Source: a virus
Lineage: Duplodnaviria > Caudoviricetes
DNA: 64,000 nucleotides
IMG/VR virus record: IMGVR_UViG_3300035208_002115
Strand: one strand, 5' to 3'
The translations under genes and the position numbers were made by a program. The notes below the pieces were generated by a model that was not told the origin of the DNA, did no database searches, and saw only the letters and a program-made list of their open reading frames with translations. Positions 58,194 to 64,000 of the stretch are shown here, in pieces (positions within the stretch are counted from its first letter, which is position 1; each line of letters begins with the position of its first letter).

Positions 58194-60464
58194 TTAATAC
58201 GTTATAATATAATTTATGTATCTTTTAGCGTTATTAGTTGAACTAATTTTTGCATTTTCCATCCAATATATTTTCTCTTTTTGATTCCAAGGGGTATTAG
58301 ACCCAGAGCCTGTATAATCCAGACCATTTGATAAGAAATTGACCTGTGCTTCAGTTAAGTCCCACGCATTACCACCATATGTACCCAAACTACCAAGTTG
58401 TTCTGTTGTACCCGATACAGTGTCACCTATACCTGAAATATTAATAGAAAAATTAACATAAGTGAAATATTTTTTATTAACAAACAAATAATCTATAAAG
58501 GCATTAGAACCAGTCACACCAGTATTACCATTTATATAAAAATTGCTAATACCACTATATAAAGTGACACCCGACAAAGTTCCTTGTATATTACAATTAT
58601 CTACTCTAAAATCGAAAGCTCTGTTTATTAAATTAAAATCCGTATTAATATTCGATGATATTTCTGAATTTGAAGCAATTAAAGTATAAACATTATAATG
58701 TTTTAATGCACCTGATAAGCCAGTATTATCTAAAAATAAATTTGTTGTACCACTAATAATCCATGATGTAGTATCACCAGATAAATTTGGGTTGTTCCTT
58801 ATATCTAAGGATGTAGTAACCCCTGTCCCACCGTACCATGAAGAAATATCACAATTGAGAGAACAATTGCGAATTGCGAAACTCTGAATTTTATGAGCTG
58901 GAAAATTTCCCATATCACTTGATATGGGTGTATATGCTAAATCTAAAGCTTGCATATTTTTATTTATAATGAAATTATCAATATTACCCGTCATACCACT
59001 TAAATAACCTAATGTTAAATAAATTAAATTATTTGTATTGAATACACCTTCATCAAAATCTATATAAATATCATTCATACTTAAATAAAAGTATATTAGA
59101 GATGTTGGTAAAACCGTACCTGTAATATTACCATATAAATTATTATTATATAACTGCAAATTAGTTATTGCTGAATTAAAAGTTAAACCAGATATATAAC
59201 CAGTGATATTTAAATTCCCATAAAGAAATAGTGAGGTGGTAGCCGATGGTATTGTAAAGTCATGTATATTACCTGTTAATTTATTGCTTGATAAATTGAT
59301 GGAGAAACTATTTGGTAATGTTATATTATTAATGTCATCTATTAAATTACCATTATTTGTTAATGAAAAGTATGTAACACCAGTTGGAAATGTGATTCCA
59401 GTCACTGATGTTAAAGAGGTCATATTATTAATATTGAATGAATTTAGATTTGTATTTGAATAATTAAGTGGCACTCGTGTAACTTGATATAAACCTGATA
59501 TTTGGATATCTTTTAATGTATCTGGTAAGACCCAATTAGATAAATCACCACTTATTATACCATTTGATGAATTAGAATCATGTATTAATATTGATGTACA
59601 TTTTGTATCACTAAAATCCCAGTTTGTAAGGTCTCCTGTTATATAATAACCACTTATAAATGTAAAAAGAGTTAACCCAGTACTAAATATCCAGTTTGTC
59701 ACATCACCAGTTATTAGATTGGAAGTAATTGGTTTGTTATAATAGAAATAATTCAATTTTGATACATCAATTGTAGATAAATTACCTGTTACCAAACTAC
59801 TTCCATTCAAAAAAAACGATTCAAGATTTACATTATTAAATAAGTTGTTTATGTTACAGTTCAAAGTATTAACATTATTGAGTGATATTTTTCTTAAATT
59901 GCTAAATGGTATATTAGATACATTACCTGTAACTGGACAAGAATTCAGCGATAAATCTTCTAAATTTACTATATTGTTTATAGTATTTATATTCCCAGTT
60001 ATTGTACTATCATATATGTGAAAATATTTTAATCTACTTGGAAATGTTTTATAACTTATATTATTACTAAATGAACTATGTTGGAATTCTAATGTTTCCA
60101 AGTTCGGGAATTGATTCATAAAATCAAACAAATCACCAGTATCGTAATTACTATCTGATGTTGTTTTAAATGTTATTACAGAATTTAAATTACCAAATGT
60201 GTAAACTTTTTTTGAACTGCTTTCACTGGTAGGTGATATCAATTGGTCAAAGTTTGTAACATTTGATGTATAAACTATTTTCACCATCCCAGTAGGTTTT
60301 TCAAAATAAAATTTAAATGGATTAGTAGCTGTAACACCACTTAGCGTGATTGTATACCTGTAATAATATGATTGGGTTGAAGCCAAATAAGAATTTATTA
60401 CAGTTGATTTAAGTATATACCCATCCTTATTTTTTAATATAGTATCATCCTTATTCTTAATCAT
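58194..60464 (-). CDS. Leucine-rich-repeat (xITGxI-type) virion/adhesin protein
   Basis: Many ~22-25-aa repeats Lxx(F/L)xLxxxx(I/L)TGN(I/L); AATATATA at 60472-60479. Confidence 0.75.
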   Translation of the reverse strand: MIKNKDDTILKNKDGYILKSTVINSYLASTQSYYYRYTITLSGVTATNPFKFYFEKPTGMVKIVYTSNVTNFDQLISPTSESSSKKVYTFGNLNSVITFKTTSDSNYDTGDLFDFMNQFPNLETLEFQHSSFSNNISYKTFPSRLKYFHIYDSTITGNINTINNIVNLEDLSLNSCPVTGNVSNIPFSNLRKISLNNVNTLNCNINNLFNNVNLESFFLNGSSLVTGNLSTIDVSKLNYFYYNKPITSNLITGDVTNWIFSTGLTLFTFISGYYITGDLTNWDFSDTKCTSILIHDSNSSNGIISGDLSNWVLPDTLKDIQISGLYQVTRVPLNYSNTNLNSFNINNMTSLTSVTGITFPTGVTYFSLTNNGNLIDDINNITLPNSFSINLSSNKLTGNIHDFTIPSATTSLFLYGNLNITGYISGLTFNSAITNLQLYNNNLYGNITGTVLPTSLIYFYLSMNDIYIDFDEGVFNTNNLIYLTLGYLSGMTGNIDNFIINKNMQALDLAYTPISSDMGNFPAHKIQSFAIRNCSLNCDISSWYGGTGVTTSLDIRNNPNLSGDTTSWIISGTTNLFLDNTGLSGALKHYNVYTLIASNSEISSNINTDFNLINRAFDFRVDNCNIQGTLSGVTLYSGISNFYINGNTGVTGSNAFIDYLFVNKKYFTYVNFSINISGIGDTVSGTTEQLGSLGTYGGNAWDLTEAQVNFLSNGLDYTGSGSNTPWNQKEKIYWMENAKISSTNNAKRYINYIITY

Positions 60465-60480
60465 AATAATTTATATATTT

Positions 60481-63400
60481 TTAAAAGATATATCCCTCTA
60501 CTAATAAATGCGCTGATAATGGATTTACATTCGTAGATGCCGAGGACACCCTAAAATATACAACACTACCAGATGACTGTGTTACTGCATTTTGAGTTAC
60601 TTCTAACTCATATGTTTCATTCGTTAACACATCGTTAATAACCAATGAAGGTGATAAATTATTATAAGAAGAATTATTATTACCAACACTTATAGTAAAT
60701 GCTGTTGGTGAAGCGTCATTCAATATTATTAATTTAAATCTATTAAACAATACTCTTTTACCTGTTGGAATAGTTAATATAGCAGTATTACCAATAGATT
60801 TTAGATTAATATTTTGAACGAATATAAAATTTTGCAAAGTTGTAAATACATCAAAATCCGTTTTAAATACAGTATGAGTTGGGTAAGCATATTTTTGACC
60901 AATATAAGTTATTCCACTTTCGGTACTAACCCATTCATCAACTACATCTATTTCTTGTACAATGTTATTTGTCGAACCAATCCATGTTTTACCACTTGTT
61001 AATGGTCTATTGTATGATTCTTTAACCCAATAATTACCAGTTTTATTATATCTAAGAAATACATCTTCAAGACTTAAATTAACATTTATAGCAATACTTC
61101 CACTATCGTAGAAATTATCAAAAGTATAGTTAAATGTTCCATCATTTTGTGGTTCGGGTCTATACCACTGGCTATCTGCTAAACCACTTGGAACTGACGA
61201 ATTTTTAGTAATATTACCCAAAAATCCCCCACCAGCACCAGTTAACCCAGAGTTAACCCATTGCGAACCATTATAAACTAAATATTGTCCACCTGACAAA
61301 GATGATAACGTAACATCAGTTAAACTATCAAGATTAGTAGAAATAGATATACCAGAATTAACCCATTGTGAACCATTATAAGTCAATATTTGAGTTGAAG
61401 ACGGTGTTGTTATTGTAACGTCTGATAATCCATCTAAATTCAAGTTTGTTGATAAAACACCACTACCATTAATAGACAATCCAGTGCCAACCATTATAGC
61501 ACCTAATGAAACTGCACTGGCCATCGGTAAGTCACCTGGGCTGATGGTTGTTGAAGCGTTTTTATATGTGATATTAGCCCACTGAACAGTTAAATTAACA
61601 TTTGTCCACGTTGCAGAATTAATATAAATTGTTGTATTTACAGTGTTTGATAATCTCATATTTACCGTAACCGATACTGTTTCACCAGAGGTCACTGAAA
61701 TAGTTTTATATGGTGTTATTTCATTTCCAGTCACAGTTGTACCTAAATTAACTTCGGCTGTTGTAGTACCAGTATTAGTGATATATACCATACCAAGTGT
61801 CTGTCCTGATACTAATATACCTAAATCTCTGTTTGAAGTGACACCAGTGTAAGAATATAGGTTAGCTAATGTAGAATTTGTAATATAATTGTTATCAATA
61901 ATAAATTGGCCATTACCGTTTATTAAAATACCATCCGAACCCGTAATATAAGACGCAGAATTAAAAATGTGTGTGTGCGAATTAGTTGACACAGAATTTG
62001 TAGAACCAGTATTTATATCAGATGGTGTACCAAGAGTTACTGAACCAGATGATGTAATAGTTGAAAAATTCATACCATTACCTGCTGAAATAGAAGTCAC
62101 TGAACCAGTAGACGCAGTACCATATGTTATTTGACCTGTTGATGTGTTATAAAATAAAACATTTGATTGGCTCGATGATGGTAATCCAGATATGTAAGTA
62201 TTACCTGTAACAGCCAACGAACCATTCACATTTAAACGTGAATTAACAAAAGTCAAATTAGAGCTTGTGTATATTTGTTTTGTATCGTTATTCCAAAATG
62301 TGATACCACTTGAAATAGGTGAGTCTTCTCTTGTAGCAACAGCTTGTAACGAACCTATTTCACCAACCCTGAATGTATCATAAGTTTCATTGAATATAAA
62401 TTGGTAATTTGTTAATGAACCTCTTTCAACTTCGATACCAGCTATAATCGAAGTGACACCAGAGCCAGTTTCACCGCTATTTATCAAAATCAAATTATCA
62501 GAAACCTGCATATTTTGGGTGTTAATAGTAACAGTAGTACCAGAAACATATAAATTACCCAGAATATTTAGATTACCATTTAATAACATTTGACTCCCGT
62601 CAAAAGTTAAATTAGATTCAGCAACCATCCCTTTTTGTGTACCATCAGATGTTAGTAACCTATCATCACCATAATTTGAAATGACCGTTCCACCAGAAGC
62701 ACTAACTAAACTGTCAATATAATATTTATTTACAATATCATTAGTATTAGTGAATGACAACCCAGTAGCTGAATACCTCATAATATCACCGATAGATATT
62801 TTAGCACCAGAATCAACAGTTGTGTAAATATAAACTGAACCTAATTGTTTATCCTCTATGTATGTAGCACCTGGTATAGAATCCACGTATGAACCACTGT
62901 TTATTTTAACATTACCAGCTATTACCCCACCCACTCGTGATAGTCCACCTTCAAGTATTAAATCACCGCCTGAATTATCGCTCACACCACCTGATATAAT
63001 TGTAGTACCACCTGATAAAACACCATCACCAGCTCTGAATACAGCAGCACCACCAATACTATTACCGCCACCAGCAATAATATTAATCCATCCCCCATCA
63101 CCAGTTGTATTCTCAGCTCTCATCATAATACTATCACCATGATTAGCTGTCCTTGGCGTGTCATCCCCAAATAATGATATAAATGGGCCAATTAATAATG
63201 CTCCATAATTTTCAACATCAAAATTATAATATGATTGCAATGCTTGTATACTTCTACTATCTGGTGTATCATAAAATTTTATTTTACTTGAACCACTTAA
63301 ACTAACAATAGAATTATTAAATGATAACGTATTTGTAGTTGAATTAAATGTCATACCAGTGTTGGCATTTATGCCATTTGCCGTACCATCAGATGTTAAT

Positions 63401-63999
63401 ATTCTATTAAGTCCATAATTTGTTATAGGAGTACCACCGCTAACAACCGATATAGCTGTGCTTAAAGATGTATCAGCAGAACTTCTTGTAGAAATTTCAG
63501 ATGAAATAGCAGATGATAGTGAGGTGTCTGCACTTTCTCTTATTGATATCTCTGACGAAATAGCTGTCGATAGTGAAGTATTAGCAGATGTCATACCAGA
63601 AGTATACCCAGTCACAAAACCTTTATCCACTAAAGACCTATTTGTATAATTGTTTGAAAAATCAGTAATATATGTTAAACCTGAGAAACCAGTAACACCA
63701 CTTACAGTAATGTCTGATGTGTTTGACAATATAGTATTACTATTATAACCATTTATATAAATGCTTATGTTTTTTGCTGAATCAAACAAACCATTTGATA
63801 ATATTGCTGATGCTACATAGGTAGTAGGCACACCAGTTATAGACTGAACTAATACTTTATAGTTTCCATATAATGTTTCAGTGCCGACACCCAAAAATGT
63901 AGTTACATTATTTAAATAAATAACAGAAGACGGGGTGAATGTAACGTAACTATTATTTCTAATAGTGATAGCTGTTGTACAGTTATCAAAAACAACAGA
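60481..63999 (-). CDS. Large tail fibre/spike-like protein, 5'-partial
   Basis: Frame stays open from 63894 to the window edge; fibre motifs VDKGFV, DNLILIN...AGIEVERG, LDGLSDVTI repeats. Confidence 0.8.
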   Translation of the reverse strand, partial: SVVFDNCTTAITIRNNSYVTFTPSSVIYLNNVTTFLGVGTETLYGNYKVLVQSITGVPTTYVASAILSNGLFDSAKNISIYINGYNSNTILSNTSDITVSGVTGFSGLTYITDFSNNYTNRSLVDKGFVTGYTSGMTSANTSLSTAISSEISIRESADTSLSSAISSEISTRSSADTSLSTAISVVSGGTPITNYGLNRILTSDGTANGINANTGMTFNSTTNTLSFNNSIVSLSGSSKIKFYDTPDSRSIQALQSYYNFDVENYGALLIGPFISLFGDDTPRTANHGDSIMMRAENTTGDGGWINIIAGGGNSIGGAAVFRAGDGVLSGGTTIISGGVSDNSGGDLILEGGLSRVGGVIAGNVKINSGSYVDSIPGATYIEDKQLGSVYIYTTVDSGAKISIGDIMRYSATGLSFTNTNDIVNKYYIDSLVSASGGTVISNYGDDRLLTSDGTQKGMVAESNLTFDGSQMLLNGNLNILGNLYVSGTTVTINTQNMQVSDNLILINSGETGSGVTSIIAGIEVERGSLTNYQFIFNETYDTFRVGEIGSLQAVATREDSPISSGITFWNNDTKQIYTSSNLTFVNSRLNVNGSLAVTGNTYISGLPSSSQSNVLFYNTSTGQITYGTASTGSVTSISAGNGMNFSTITSSGSVTLGTPSDINTGSTNSVSTNSHTHIFNSASYITGSDGILINGNGQFIIDNNYITNSTLANLYSYTGVTSNRDLGILVSGQTLGMVYITNTGTTTAEVNLGTTVTGNEITPYKTISVTSGETVSVTVNMRLSNTVNTTIYINSATWTNVNLTVQWANITYKNASTTISPGDLPMASAVSLGAIMVGTGLSINGSGVLSTNLNLDGLSDVTITTPSSTQILTYNGSQWVNSGISISTNLDSLTDVTLSSLSGGQYLVYNGSQWVNSGLTGAGGGFLGNITKNSSVPSGLADSQWYRPEPQNDGTFNYTFDNFYDSGSIAINVNLSLEDVFLRYNKTGNYWVKESYNRPLTSGKTWIGSTNNIVQEIDVVDEWVSTESGITYIGQKYAYPTHTVFKTDFDVFTTLQNFIFVQNINLKSIGNTAILTIPTGKRVLFNRFKLIILNDASPTAFTISVGNNNSSYNNLSPSLVINDVLTNETYELEVTQNAVTQSSGSVVYFRVSSASTNVNPLSAHLLVEGYIF

Positions 64000-64000
64000 A

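Noticed and set aside
51715-63999. Diversity-generating retroelement targeting fibres
   Set aside because: No reverse transcriptase and no TR/VR pair differing only at adenines seen in this window
1-64000. Stop-codon reassignment (TAG/TGA recoding as in some huge phages)
   Set aside because: Long genes are uninterrupted in code 11 and coding density is high; TAG (37821, 39388) and TGA act as plausible stops
1-64000. Cellular (bacterial) origin suggested by DnaJ, histidine kinase, radical SAMs and peptidase
   Set aside because: These are isolated among tail-fibre genes, a gp46/47-like fusion, homing endonucleases and dense small ORFs; no housekeeping operons

Overview
Very AT-rich, gene-dense 64 kb segment of a large (jumbo/huge) T4-like tailed phage genome, read in standard code 11. 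The host is probably Bacteroidota: TAnnTTTG promoters, no Shine-Dalgarno motifs, and a Bacteroidales-style PAS hybrid kinase. Recognisable genes include ASCH, an Acb1/57B-like 2H phosphoesterase, three ART-like proteins, an ATP-grasp, a LAGLIDADG-dUTPase fusion, an M16 peptidase, a single-chain Mre11-Rad50 (SbcD-SbcC), an amidase, two radical SAM/SPASM enzymes, DnaJ, a nucleotidyltransferase, a hybrid histidine kinase and a tail-fibre/adhesin cluster. The main signal is three short sequence codes shared by unrelated proteins. (1) About 21 small ORFs end in R-x-x-K-[IL]-x-x-[IL]; some of their bodies look like fragments of the major capsid protein or terminase, suggesting decoy or adaptor proteins. 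(2) About 23 other ORFs begin with an MKxLKxF(E/N)..(N)E leader resembling the T4 capsid-targeting sequence, many downstream of an AATATATA late-promoter motif, suggesting a large virion-injected effector payload. (3) Virion surface proteins are dense in an [ST]-G-x-[ST] tetrapeptide, a candidate modification sequon. All homology calls are by eye from motifs; no searches were run.
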